In this document: piece by piece, positions 49,430-61,000 of the stretch
Layout of the letters: every line of letters begins with the position of its first letter
How positions within the stretch are numbered: the stretch's first letter is position 1
Assembly (NCBI GenBank): GCA_030390025.1
Contig: CM059433.1
Span: forward strand, 23,252,001-23,316,000
Length of the DNA stretch: 64,000 nt
Source of the DNA: Squalus acanthias
Lineage: Eukaryota
Reading direction: 5' to 3'
Notes under the pieces: generated by a model
What the model saw: only the letters and a program-made list of their open reading frames with translations
What the model was told of the DNA's origin: nothing
The model's database searches: none
Position numbers and translations under genes: made by a program

Positions 49430-50710
49430 AAAAATCAAAATACTGCAGATGCTTTAAATCTGAAGCAAGAATCGGAGAATGCTTAGCAGGTCAGGCCGCT
49501 TCTGTGGAGAGTTAGCATGTCAAACCTGAAAGATATTAACATTGAACAGATTTTAAAAAGCAACATAATAAAGGGAAGGGAGAGGGAAAACACACAGACC
49601 AGAGAAGAAATAGAATGACCTGTAAAGTACTTAAGTGGAAAGCAGGGGATGGTACAATGGCAGAAGTGATATTAGCAGTAGGAGGCATAATGAGAGAAAT
49701 AAAAGAAATAAAAGACATATCAGAGGCACAGAGAATGTACGCGATGGCACGGACATGATGGGCCGAAATGGCCTCCTTCCGTGCTGTAACTTTCTATGAT
49801 TCTATGTATGAATAGCTGAATAGGGAATGAAACAGGTAGAATAGAAAGCATAAAACATTGGCAAAGTGAAGCAGGTTGTTATGATCTGGAATGCACTGCC
49901 TGAAAGGGTGGTGGAAGCAGATTCAATAGTAACTTTCAAAAGGGAATTGGATACATAGTTCAAAAGGAAAATTTGCAGGGCTATGGAGAAAGAGCAGGAG
50001 AGTGGGACTAATTGGAGAGCTCTTTCAAAGAGCCGGCACAGGCACGATGGGCTGAATGACCTCCTTCTGTTCTGTCTCATTCTATGCTTCTAGATTTCAA
50101 CAGCCCAGGAGCCTGGTGGGAGATAAAAGCAGGTCAAGACCAACAATGCAGACCACCGTGCAATCACAGTGTTCCGATGGAAGGTCCCCACTCCAAACAC
50201 CGACCCGCCCCATCCTTGGTAACATCAGCACACCCATCCCACATCACCAGGACTTCCTGCCAAAGAGAAAGTGGGAGCTATAATTAAGGTCTGCAGCTAT
50301 TGAAGTCAATGTTAAGGCCAGAGGGCTGAAAAGTGCCTAATAGAAAGGTAATTTGCTGTTGTTCAAGCTTGTGTTGAGCTTTATTGGAACAATGTAGGAG
50401 GTCAAAGACAGAGAGGTCAGAATGGGAGTGGGACGGGTAATTGAAGTGGCAAGCATCAGGGAACTTGGAGTCGCATTTGCAGTTAGAATAGAAGTGTTCA
50501 ACAAAGCGGTCACCTAATCTTTGTTTGGTCTCCCCAATGTAAAGGAGGTGGCATTGTGAAGAGTGAATACAGTACTCCAGGGTGAAGGAAGTACATGTAA
50601 ATGGCTGTCTCACCTGGAGGGAGTGTTTGGGACCCTGGACAGTGATGTGAGAGGATGTGAATGGGCAGGTGTTGCATCTTCTGCACTGGCATGGGAAGTT
50701 GCTGGGGAAG
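49430..50710 (-). mobile_element. Second Penelope-like family: GIY-YIG end plus degenerate 3' UTR/pseudo-LTR, interrupted by CR1 pieces
   Basis: 50284-50718: C..RCNTC, FTCTS...YCI..SQCHLLYIGETKQRLGDRFVEH...HFN...LGTFQPSGLN. 49430-49560 resembles the reverse complement of 60565-60735. Confidence 0.8.
49742..50090 (+). mobile_element. Two short CR1 3' tails
   Basis: GATGGGCCGAAATGGCCTCCTTCC..TTCTATGATTCTATG (49742-49807) and 49870-50090. Confidence 0.8.
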
Positions 50711-50963
50711 GAGAGCATTTAATCAGTTTGATACAGTCTTTAGGTCTTAAAAAATAATACTTGCATAAATAACAAAAAACAGAGCTTAGGAATTGCAAAC
50801 CATTATATCTGTCAACATAAAATGTGTTTTCTGGGCAGATTTTGCAAATGACCTTTTTTCGCAGGTTTGCCAGATTTTTGCCTTATTTGATTTCATTGGC
50901 GATATATTTTCATACATTTAAATTTACACCAGAATATTGAAAACAAATGAATGAAGGGGTATT

Positions 50964-51621
50964 GGCCCTGATATTGACAGAGATGGGTTTCCGAGTGGGA
51001 GGGGGCGGAGTTTCGGTCAGGAAGTCCTGGTTTCCCCGCATGCTGTGGAATTTTATCTTTGACAGGATCCCGGCCCAGAGGTCAGCCTGATTGACAGGCT
51101 TGGCTTCCAGTTGAGCGTGGAGGAATCCGGAGCAGGCCGCAGCCTCAGGTAGGGAGCCCGTAGCTGCTAGTGGGAGCCTGGGTGGGGGTCCGATCCATGA
51201 CCCCGGGGGGTCCAATCCCTGATTGGAGGGAGATTTTTGAATGGGGGGGGTCTGAGTGGGGGGGTTGGTGTCCGATCCCAGGGAAGCAGGTAAGCTTGGG
51301 GGCTAGGGGGAAAACTCCTACTCCTCCTGGCCCATAAGCAGTGCTGTAATGGCACTTACCTTTTCCCCAAAGCTGCCCTTGCCTCCCTTGAGCTGTCAGG
51401 TTTCCCGAAGCCTGGAAAACCCAACCAGCCAGGGTTAAACCGGTAAGGGAAGTTAAATGTGAGGCTCCCAGCCTCATTATAGTGTTTAAATGGCCAATCC
51501 ACTCCCTGGGAACGGGTTGGCTGCCCGTCCCCTGTCCCGCCTCTGTTAAACCTGAGATTTTAAAATTTTTTACATCTCACCTAACTCAACCCACCCTCTT
51601 TTGGGGGTTAAAATTCACCCT
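50964..51621. mobile_element. Harbinger-type MITE, same family as 30544-32889
   Basis: Shared GTCCCGCCTCTGTTAAAC, CAGCCTCATTATA and GGGTTAAAATTC end. Confidence 0.75.
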
Positions 51622-51882
51622 TATTTCTTCATCCAGAAATTAAGTAGTGAGGTTCTTCTGTTTCTGGTTATGAATAGCACCTGTCACTCAAAGTGATAGA
51701 AGATGATGCATTTTGGCAGAAGGAACAGGGAGAGGCAATATACACTTAATGGCACTGTTTTAAAGAGTGTGCAGGGACAGAGAGACCTGGGAGTTAATGT
51801 GCATAGGTCCCTGAAGGTGGCAGGACATATTGAGAGAATAGATAACATAGCATATGGGATCTTGGGCTTCATAAATAGAGGT

Positions 51883-52111
51883 CATGATGTGGAGATGCCG
51901 GCGTTGGACTGGGGTGGACAAAAATGAGAAGTCGCACAACACCAGGTTATAGTCCAACAGATTTATTTAATTTTACAAGCTTTCGAAGCAGTTCGCTCCT
52001 TCGTCAGGTAAGTTAGCAACTTACCTGACGAAGGAGCGAACTGCTTCGAAAGCTTGTAAAATTAAATAAATCTGTTGGACTATAACCTGGTGTTGTGCAA
52101 CTTCTCATTTT
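51883..52111. mobile_element. Penelope-like hairpin mini-insertion (37-nt tail plus 94-bp inverted repeat, 3-nt loop)
   Basis: Arms 51921-52014 and 52018-52111 with one mismatch; TSD TTCATAAATAGAGGT at 51868-51882 and 52110-52124. Confidence 0.93.
52021..52059 (+). ncRNA. Minimal hammerhead-ribozyme-like motif (mirror copy on the - strand in the left arm)
   Basis: TTAC-CTGACGA-A-GGAGC-gaact-GCTTC-GAAA-GCT-T-GTAA. Confidence 0.72.
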
Positions 52112-52569
52112 CATAAATAGAGGTATTGAGTACAAAAGTAGAGAAGTTATGCTGAACCTTTATAAAGCGCTGGTTAGGCCACAACTGGAGTATTGCGTCC
52201 AGTTCTGGTTACCACACTTTGGGAAGGATGTGAAGGCCCTTGAGAGGGTGCAGAGGAGATTTACCAGAATGGTTCCGGGGATGGGAGATCTTAGCTACAA
52301 GGACAGGTTGGAGAAGCTGGATTTGTTTTCATTTGATTAAAGGAGGTTGAGGGGTGATTTGATAGAGGTGTACAAGATTATGACAGGTTTGGATAGGCTA
52401 GGCGGGGAAAGGCTGTTCCCACTAGTTGATGGTACAAGGACTAGGGGACACAGATTTAAGGTTTTGGGCAAGAGATACAGGGGGGAAGTGAGGAAAAACC
52501 TTTTAACGCAGCAAGTGGTGATGACCTGGAATTCACTGCTGACGGAAGTGGTGGAAGCGGACACACACA

Positions 52570-53462
52570 GGGGGAAAAATTCAGTCGCGCCCCGTTTGGG
52601 GCGCAAATATCGGCCGGGCGCAAAGATTAGCGCCTGGCGCTAATTATCGCCACCGACTGCAAACTTCACTTTTATCGCCCCTGGAGGTGATTGCAGCGCT
52701 AAATCAGGCGCTTCACACCTGTCTTAAGGCGCAAAGGCCGAGGAGCGAGGCGCTACCTCAGAGCGCTGGCGAAGCTCATGTGATGTCAGTCAGCAATGGA
52801 ACACACACACAATGGCACGGGCCAGTTCTTAAAGGGGATGGTTAATCTTGCTTTCCATCCACATCCTGCTCATTGCAGCCTTGAATCTCGGCCTGGAGAG
52901 ACCTGCACATCAAATCTGCTGGAAAGAATAATGGAGAGTACCAGGCCAAGAGCTCAGAGTGCAGCCCCCATAATCTCTGCTAAATTGATACAAGGAATGG
53001 CAAATCAAAATGAACCTGCAAAGTGCTGCTCAGTACCCAAAACTCCTTCACACAATGTTGAATCTCTCCAGAAGTCTCTACCTCTCTCTCTCAGAATGCG
53101 TAGTTCAAAAATGGCACCAACAATAAAAGGCAGGAAGCGGTCACCTTTAAATAGCGCTCCCCCTTTCCCTTCATGACTGCAGAACGCTCCCCTCAACCTG
53201 TCGTTGCTAGCGTCAGGCGGTAAGGCAGGGGGCGCCACTCAATATCCGCTCCGGGGCGATACCGGGGCGTTGCGCACTCGAGTGACGTCATGATCTGCCG
53301 GCGCAGGAGATCGCGGCGGTAGTGTTTAGCGCCGCCGCAAAATGTCTAGTTAAGTTCGCGAGCGGCGCAAACATCGCTGCGCCCGGGCGCTAGCTGCTTT
53401 GCGCCCCATTAGCGCCCTCTTAAGGCGCTAACGGGAAGCGCAACCAACTGAATTTTTCCCCC
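52570..53462. mobile_element. Harbinger-type non-autonomous element with 16-bp perfect TIR
   Basis: GGGGGAAAAATTCAGT / ACTGAATTTTTCCCCC; flanks ACA/TCA (imperfect TSD); subterminal similarity to 8492-9182. Confidence 0.88.
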
Positions 53463-54032
53463 TCAATGTTTTCAAGGGGAGACTGGATAGGCACTTGAGG
53501 AAAATAAACTTGCAGGGCTACGGGGATAGAGCAGGGGAGCGGGACTGACTGGATTGCTCTACAGAGAGCTGGCAGGGACTCGATGGGCCGAATGGCCTCC
53601 TTCTGTGCCGTTATGAATCTATGACTCTAAGCCCTTGGCTTTCCGTCGGTCAGATTTGTGCCTCATGCATTCAATAATCACAGTTGGTGTAAACCTACAT
53701 GGTATTACACTTCTCAAGCAGCTCATGAACAGTTATATCACCATTTCTTCCAAAAGGCATTCTTCCCAAACCATGGCTTGACCATCCATTTGATAGGCTC
53801 CATGGAAAGCAGAGTGATCTTCTCAGGCCGAGGGAATTCTATTCATTAGGTTTGTTGCCAGGTTTCCTGGGTATGGATTGCTGATGATGCCACTGTTGGA
53901 TCAAAAACCCAAAGGACATAGGACAAGATTAGGAAAAATGTCCATGACAGGAAGATAGATAACAATATAATGGCCCAAAAATTCGGCCCTTCCCGGGTGA
54001 GTACACAGTCCGTACTCACCCGTATTGCTTCC

Positions 54033-56619
54033 CATAGAAACATAGAAACATAGAAAATAGGTACAGGAGTAGACCATTCGGTCCTTCGAGCCTGCACCGC
54101 CATTCAATGCGTTCATGGCTGAACATGCTACCTCAGTACCCCATTCCTGCTTTCTCGCCATACCCCTTGATCCCCCTAGTTGTGAGTGTTATATCTAACT
54201 CCCTTTTGAATATATTTAGCGAACTGGCCTCAACAACCTTCTGTGGAAGAGAATTCCATAGATTCACCACTCTCTGGGTGAAGAAGTTCCTCCTCAGCTC
54301 AGTCTTAAATGGCTTCCCCTTAATCCTTAGACTGTGACCCCTGGTTCTAGTTTTCCCTAACATTGGGAACATTCTGCCCGCATCTAATTTGTCTAAACCA
54401 GTCAGGATTTTAAATGTCTCTATAAGATCCCCCCTCATTCTTCTGAACTCCAGAGGATACAAGTTCAGTTGACCCAATCTTTCTTGATATGTCAGTCCGG
54501 CCATCCCAGGAATCAATCTAGTGAACCTCCGCTGCACTCCCTCAATAGCAAGAATGTCCTTCCTTAAGTTAGGAGACCAAAACTGCGCACAATACTCCAG
54601 GTGTGGCCTCACCAAGGCCCTGTACAACTGCAGCATCACCTCCCTACTCCTGTACTCAAATCCCCTTACTATGAAGGCCATCATTCCGTTTGCTTTCTTG
54701 ACTGCCTGCTGCACTTGCATTCCCACCTTCAGTGACTGATGTACCATGACGCCCAGGTCTCGTTGCACCTCCCCTTTCCCTAATCTGCCACCATTCAGGT
54801 AATAGTCCGCCTCTCTATTTTTACCACCAAAGTGGATAACCTCACATTTATCCACATTGTACTTCATCTGCCATACATTTACCCATTCACCCAACCTGTC
54901 CAAGTCACTCTGTAGCCTCCTAGCATCCTCCTCATTGTTCACACTGCCTCCCAATTTAGTGTCATCCGCAAATTTGGAGATATTACATTTAATCCCTTCG
55001 TCCAAATCATTAATATATAATGTAAACAGCTGGGGTCCCAGCACCGAACCCTGCGGTACCCCGCTGGTCACTGCCTGCCATTCTGAAAAGTACCCATTTA
55101 CTCCTACTCTTTGTTTCCTGTGTGCCAACCAGTTCTCAATCCACGTCAACACATTACCCCCAATCCCATGTGCTTTAACTTTGCTCACCAATCTCTTGTG
55201 TGGGACCTTGTCGAAGGCCTTCTGAAAGTCCAAATACACCACATCCACTGGTTCCCCCCTGTCCACCCTATTGGAAACATCCTCAAAAAATTCCAGAAGA
55301 TTTGTCAAGCATGATTTCCCTTTCACAAATCCATGCTGACTTGGACCTATCATGTCGCCACTTTCCAAATGGTCTGTTATGACATCTTTAATAATTGCTT
55401 CCATCATTTTACCCACGACCGATGTCAGGCTGACCGGTCTATAATTCCCTGCTTTCTCCCTCCCTCCTTTTTTAAAAAGAGGGGTTACATTGGCCACCCT
55501 CCACTCCATCGGAACTGATCCAGAATCTAAGGAATGTTGGAAAATGATCGTCAATGCATCCACTATTTCCAAGGCCACCTCCTTAAGTACTCTGGGATGC
55601 AGACCATCAGGCCCCGGGGATTTTTCAGCCTTCAGTCCCATCAATTTCCCCAATACCTTTTCCCGACTAATAAGGATTTCCCTCAGCTCCTCCCTCTTAC
55701 CAGATCCTCTGACCCCTTTTATTTCCGGCAGGTTGTGTGTGTCCTCCACAGTAAACACCGAACCAAAGTACTTGTTCAATTGATCTGCCATTTCCTTGTT
55801 CCCCATTACGACTTGCCCTGTTTCCGACTGCAGGGGACCTACGTTTGTTTTTACTAACCTCTTTCTTTTTACATATTTATAGAAGCTTTTGCAGTCCATT
55901 TTAATGTTCTCTGCAAGCTTCCTTTCATATTTTATTTTCCCTGCCCTAATCAAACCCTTCGTCCTCCTTTGCTGAGTTTTGAAGTTCTCCCAGTCCCCGG
56001 GTTTGCTGCTACTTCTGGCCAATTTGTATGCAACTTCCTTGGTTTTAATACTATCCCTGATTTCCCTTGTTAGCCATGGTTGAGCCACCTTCCCTTTTTT
56101 ATTTTTACGCCAGACCGGGATGTACAATTGTTGTAGTTCATCCATGCGATCTCTAAATGTCTGCCATTGCCCTTCCACTGATAGCCCCTTAAATATCGCT
56201 TGCCAATTTAACCTCGCCAATTCACGCCTCATACCATCAAAGTTGCCCTTATTTAAGTTCTGGACCATGGTCTCTGACTTAACTGTTTCCTTCTCCATCC
56301 TAATGTAGAACTCCACCATACTATGGTCACTCTTCCCCAGGGGGCCTCGTACCACAAGATTGCTGATTAGTCCTTCCTCATTACACAACACCCAGTCCAG
56401 GATGGCCTCCCCTCGAGTTGGTTCCTCAACATATTGGTTTAGGAAACCATCCCTTAAACACTCCAGGAAATCCTCCTCCACCGTATTGCTTCCAGTTTGA
56501 GTAGCCCAATCTATATGCATATTAAAGTCACCCATGATAACTGCCGTGCCTTTTTTGCACGCACCTCTGATTTCCTGTTTCATACCCTCCCCCACCTCAC
56601 CACTGCTGTTTGGAGGTCT
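54033..56619 (-). mobile_element. Young 5'-truncated CR1 LINE
   Basis: (TTTCTATG)3 tail at 54033-54057; uninterrupted ORF2. Confidence 0.97.
54133..56595 (-). CDS. CR1 ORF2 (C-terminal half of APE plus complete RT), 820 aa open, N-terminally truncated
   Basis: GDFN, ILDWVL, KSDH, KSPGPDG, YRPVSLTS, DFQKAFDKV, PQGSVLGP, FADD, RDLGV; no stop codons. Confidence 0.92.
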   Translation of the reverse strand: MGEGMKQEIRGACKKGTAVIMGDFNMHIDWATQTGSNTVEEDFLECLRDGFLNQYVEEPTRGEAILDWVLCNEEGLISNLVVRGPLGKSDHSMVEFYIRMEKETVKSETMVQNLNKGNFDGMRRELARLNWQAIFKGLSVEGQWQTFRDRMDELQQLYIPVWRKNKKGKVAQPWLTREIRDSIKTKEVAYKLARSSSKPGDWENFKTQQRRTKGLIRAGKIKYERKLAENIKMDCKSFYKYVKRKRLVKTNVGPLQSETGQVVMGNKEMADQLNKYFGSVFTVEDTHNLPEIKGVRGSGKREELREILISREKVLGKLMGLKAEKSPGPDGLHPRVLKEVALEIVDALTIIFQHSLDSGSVPMEWRVANVTPLFKKGGREKAGNYRPVSLTSVVGKMMEAIIKDVITDHLESGDMIGPSQHGFVKGKSCLTNLLEFFEDVSNRVDRGEPVDVVYLDFQKAFDKVPHKRLVSKVKAHGIGGNVLTWIENWLAHRKQRVGVNGYFSEWQAVTSGVPQGSVLGPQLFTLYINDLDEGIKCNISKFADDTKLGGSVNNEEDARRLQSDLDRLGEWVNVWQMKYNVDKCEVIHFGGKNREADYYLNGGRLGKGEVQRDLGVMVHQSLKVGMQVQQAVKKANGMMAFIVRGFEYRSREVMLQLYRALVRPHLEYCAQFWSPNLRKDILAIEGVQRRFTRLIPGMAGLTYQERLGQLNLYPLEFRRMRGDLIETFKILTGLDKLDAGRMFPMLGKTRTRGHSLRIKGKPFKTELRRNFFTQRVVNLWNSLPQKVVEASSLNIFKRELDITLTTRGIKGYGEKAGMGY

Positions 56620-57389
56620 TCATGCGTGGGAAACCGGAACTTCCGGTCTGGTGAAGGGGGCGGTTCCTAGGTGAACCGCGTGCGTGGTAGAGGCTGCGCG
56701 CACGCAGCAATCTTAGATTTTTTTTCAGGTTTCTACGCGATGGTAAGTATGGAAGATACTACGCTAATGAAAAGGAAGCACAAGACCCGTTTTGAACAAG
56801 GTAAGTGGTTAATTAAGTATAATTTAAAAAAATTTTCAACAGGTTTATCTTTTTTAGATACTTTAAAGAAAGGTAAGTTTATTTTTATAACTTTTAAAAA
56901 GTATTTTAATTTTTTCACAAATTTAAATTTTTGTTTAAAGTGGTTAATTTATTTAACTATAGTTATTTTATAAATGTGATTTTTTTTTTTATTTATTTTA
57001 AGTTTAGCTGTTCTTTTGGGGCTGATTTCAATTCACAGATTTGACTCTCCTGTCAAATCTATGAATGAAAGATGGACTGCTGCCATTGGCTCTCCATGGC
57101 CCACGTGATCCCAGGGGACGCATCGCACTAACTGCGCCCCTGGAACACGCAAGCACTGCGTGCCGGCAGTTGGGAGAGGCCCAGGACCCGAAGTTCCCGT
57201 GGGCCCAAAACACAACGGCAGGCACGGTAGGTAAGAGCGTGCGCGATCCTTACCCCCACGGCAAACCGGAGAGGCGAATTTCTGGGCCAATATGAAAATG
57301 GAACTGTAAATGCTGTATGGCTTTGCATGAACAATAAATGCATATTTAAATGTAGCATTCCGAATTCTTGCATCAAATGGCATTCGCCA

Positions 57390-57545
57390 AAAGTTTCTGC
57401 TGGGATTCTCCCGATCTTTTGCTGTAACTTTGGCAGGAACCCCAGAAAAATGGTCTAAATGGCTGTTTATGCCGTTTCTGCAGCGTTTCCATGGATCTTG
57501 CGCCAATGTTACAGCCAGAGATCGGGAGAACCGCTGCAGAAAGAC
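57390..57545. mobile_element. Small degenerate palindromic MITE
   Basis: TTTCTGC..TTCTCCCGATCT..GCTGTAAC / GTTACAGC..AGATCGGGAGAA..GCAGAAA. Confidence 0.7.
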
Positions 57546-57754
57546 TATCCCATCGTCTTGCACTAATAAAGATATAAATGAGCAAATATGTTCTAAGGAA
57601 AATGGAGTTCTTTGAAAAATGCATCTCAACATTGTGCATGCCTGGAAAGCTAATACATCATTAGAGACATGGAGGGCATCCCGAAGCACAAGACCATGAC
57701 AGCCTTTAAACAAAGGACGTTGACTTTCATTGGCAATGACTTTGTTGAGGAGTT

Positions 57755-57915
57755 TATAACGCCTTTCATGCCATCTTGATATCCCAAAATATTTCACAGC
57801 TAATGTATAACTTTTGAAATGTAGCCACTGTTGTAATGTAGGGAAACCCGGCAGCTAATTTATGCACAGCAAGACCCCGCAAACAGCAATGAGATAAATG
57901 ATCAGATAATTTGTT
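57755..57915 (-). mobile_element. Deu-domain-type SINE tail fragment
   Basis: Similar to 36050-36210. Confidence 0.6.
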
Positions 57916-58379
57916 TTGCTTCTACATTTCCTTCCATCTTCAATTACTCATCCTCACTTGCGAATTGTGATTCACCCAGTGTCCCTTCATCAAACTCGCT
58001 ATCTTCTCTGCAATACTAATATCTCCACTGGTGCTAAGACAGGGGAGTGCATGACACAACCCCCTGTGATGTATTAGGATCTACCTCATCTTGGGAGGAA
58101 TCTATGGAAAGGAAAATAAAAATTATTTAAACGCATCCCCAAGACCATGCCTTCAGAAGGAGGTAAGATCGTGAAACATTTTGCACATCATGCAGTTACT
58201 TAGCTAGTATAAAGTCTGCAGTGAGTATTAAGAAAGAGAGTCAGGGTATGAAGGATCATAACAAAATGGAGGATATTTGCAAGTTGGCACCATGCTTGCC
58301 CTATTTAAGCCCTCAATTGTCTCTCTACCAAATAGTGAGAGGTCCATTTTCTCATGTGGCATGTGAAGTTAACCATGTC

Positions 58380-59152
58380 GGAAAAATAGAAAAGCAGAGT
58401 ATTTTTTAAATGGTGTGAGATTGGGAAATGTTGGTGTTCAGAGGGACCTGGGTGTCCTTGTACACGAATCACTGAAAGTTAACATGCAGGTACAGCAAGC
58501 AATTAGGAAAGCAAATGGTATGTTGGCCTTTATTACAAGAGGATTTGAGTATAAGAGTAAAGACGTCTTACTGCAATTATATAGGGCCCTGGTGAGACCA
58601 CACCTGGAGTATTGTGTACAGTTTTGGTCTCCTTACCTAAGGAAGGATATACTTGCCATAGAGGGAGCACAATGAAGGTTCACCAAACTGGTTCCTGGGA
58701 TGGGGGGATTGTCCTATGAGGAGAGATTGAGTAGACTAGGCCTATATTCTCTGGAGTTTAGAAGAATGCGAGGTGATCTCATTGAAACATACAAAATCCT
58801 TACAGGGCTTGACAGGGTAAATGCAGGAAGAATGTTTCCCCTGGCTGGGGAGTTTAGAACCAGGGGTCACAGTCTCAGAATAAGGGGTCAGCCATTTAGG
58901 ACTGAGATGAGGAGAAATTTCTTCACTCAGAGAATTCTCTACCCCAGAGGGCTGTGGAGGCTCAGTCGTTGAGTATATTCAAGACAGAGATCGATAGATT
59001 TTTGAATATTAAGGGAATCAAGGGATATGGGGATAGTGCAGGAAAGTGGAGATGAGGTAGAAGATCAGCCATGATCTTATTGAATGGTGGAGCAGGCTCA
59101 AAGGGCCAAATGGCCTACTCCTGCTCCTATTTCTTATGTCCTTATGTTCTTA
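58380..59152 (+). mobile_element. CR1 3' fragment
   Basis: Nearly identical to 44260-45045. Confidence 0.95.
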
Positions 59153-59229
59153 TAAGTTTCTTCATAATTATTGGTTTTCCCCCTACACCCCTGGACCTCT
59201 TCATCTCCCTATGGATGTGCACAGCCTTG

Positions 59230-59745
59230 GCCTGTAATTAGAACACAGTGAAGATGATGACAGGAACTCCAGGAGCACCCCAAACAATATGGTACCCAGA
59301 CCACCTCCTCCCCAAGTCCACAATGTCACAATTGAGTGCTCATTGTGAGCAAAGCTTGGAACCGCTCTGTGCCCTGCTACAACTGTGCCTCCATCCTCTG
59401 TTGTATGCAAGGTAAATGTTCTCTCTGAGGCTGCAAAAAAGGAACATTTCCATTAGGGGCATGTCTTCCAGAGACTAAGAGCAAGCATGTATGCAAAGGA
59501 AGGTACACTTACCGTGGCACTTCTCCATATACCAGAAAACTTCTTTCTTATTTGCCCCCAGATATGACAGAACTAGGAGACTGCATTAATTCTCTCTGCC
59601 TCCTCCCTCCTTATAGCTTTTACCTCTGACTTTACAGAAGGATGGTCTTCAGTCCCCAAAGGAGCCATCCTCCTTTGCTATGCCCCCTGCAGCAGGACCT
59701 TCAAAACATCCTGAGTGCAGAAGTTAGTTTTGCATTTTGCACCAA
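59230..59745 (-). pseudogene. Ancient Myb/SANT-like Harbinger gene remnant
   Basis: Minus strand: KTNFCTQDVLKVLLQGA*QRR...AERINAVS*...WGQIRKKFSGIWRSAT|GTAAGT (donor near 59512); acceptor TTTTTTGCAG near 59431. Confidence 0.6.
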
Positions 59746-60564
59746 TATCATCACAGAGCAAATTATTTGTTTGCTGAGTCAAAAATTAAGAGCCAGCGGC
59801 AGCCCTTAAAAGGCTGCTGGCTAACCGGATTTTGCGACAGGCAGCCAATAGCGTTCCTGACTTGACTCCTTGGCCCCATGCCCAGGGAGCCTCTTGCAAC
59901 GAAGGGGCGGAGCTTGACTCACAAAATTCAGCGAGGCTATCCCTGTTGTCAGCATTATGGTCATGAAGTACAGATTTTGCCAGTCTCGAATATCGAAAGC
60001 TTTAAACTGTATTAAAATACGGATTACATTAAACAGTGTGTCAGGATTGTTCTCTGGCTGATCACTTCATTATCAACTTTGCACTTAGATCATAACATGC
60101 ATGTTCAAAACTACATTTGTAGTCTTTGAGTGGAAATGTTTACTATATTTCTCTGATGGAGTTTGCTGTTCATCAGAAAAACCTGATGATTGTGCACCAC
60201 ATAAGAGATTGTGTCACCTACACAAGCAAAATAATGTAACAGTCTCAAATCTAACTTACATCTCTTGTGTGGGCTGGAGAGCTCTCGGTCCAAGTGATAG
60301 CAATTCATGAAGAATGACCTCTGCACTTGCATTTCACTTCAGTCTACAATGTACTTGAATTGAGAGATGTGCACTGCTGACTTTCCACAGGCAAAAGCCA
60401 AAATGATGTAATTAATTGGAAAAAAAGTTGTTGGCCTCTTAATGAATTACATGAAGAAAGAATATCCTATAAATAGGATGGTTCTATTGCACCGTATACC
60501 AGATTACTACCCTTCGGAAAGTCTTCTATTAAAACTAAACAGTACGGCAGAGGTCCTCGGGCCC

Positions 60565-60735
60565 TTGCTTAAAAATCTGTTCCATTTCCTGCTTTTTTCC
60601 AGTTCTGACAAAAGGTCATCGACCTGAAACGTTAACTCTGTTTCTCTCTTCACAGATGCTGCCTGACCTGCTGAGTATCTCCAGCATTTTCTGTTTTTAT
60701 TTCAGATTTCCAGCATCTGCAGTATTTTCTTTTTG
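60565..60735 (+). mobile_element. Pseudo-LTR of the second Penelope-like family with hammerhead-like motif (60601-60637)
   Basis: AGTT-CTGACAA-A-AGGTC-atc-GACCT-GAAA-CGT-T-AACT, followed by CAGATGCTGCCTGACCTGCTGAG. Confidence 0.75.
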
Positions 60736-60898
60736 CCTCAGGCTTATTGTTCTATACCCCCCTTTATGTCAAATTTTCTCTTTGTACACTGGATACAAGT
60801 GTATATTGTCACAAATTCAAGTGGGAAATGGGAATACTTTTCTATCATGTGTGTTTACAAACAAAAAACGATTTTCGTTAAGGTAATTAAATTAACTG

Positions 60899-61000
60899 CT
60901 GGGACTGACTGGATTGCTCTACAGAGAGCCGGCGTGGACTCGATGGGCCGAATGGCCTCCTTCTGTGCCGTTATGACTCGATATGACTCGGTGACTATGA
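60899..61000 (+). mobile_element. CR1 3' tail
   Basis: Nearly identical to 53541-53625. Confidence 0.85.

Larger units (their letters stand above)
51690..53630 (+). mobile_element. CR1 3' fragment interrupted by a Penelope hairpin and a MITE
   Basis: MHFGRRN, RPQLEYCVQFW, MRGDLIEVYK, 3' tail at 53560-53630. Confidence 0.92.
53972..57288. mobile_element. AT-rich-core MITE, TSD AAT, split by a CR1
   Basis: GGCCCAAAAATTCG / CGAATTTCTGGGCC with AAT on both sides; inverse homolog of 10143-10904. Confidence 0.9.

Noticed and set aside
57033..57797. 254-aa minus-strand ORF
   Set aside because: It crosses a SINE tail, a palindromic MITE and another MITE, so it is a chance read-through.
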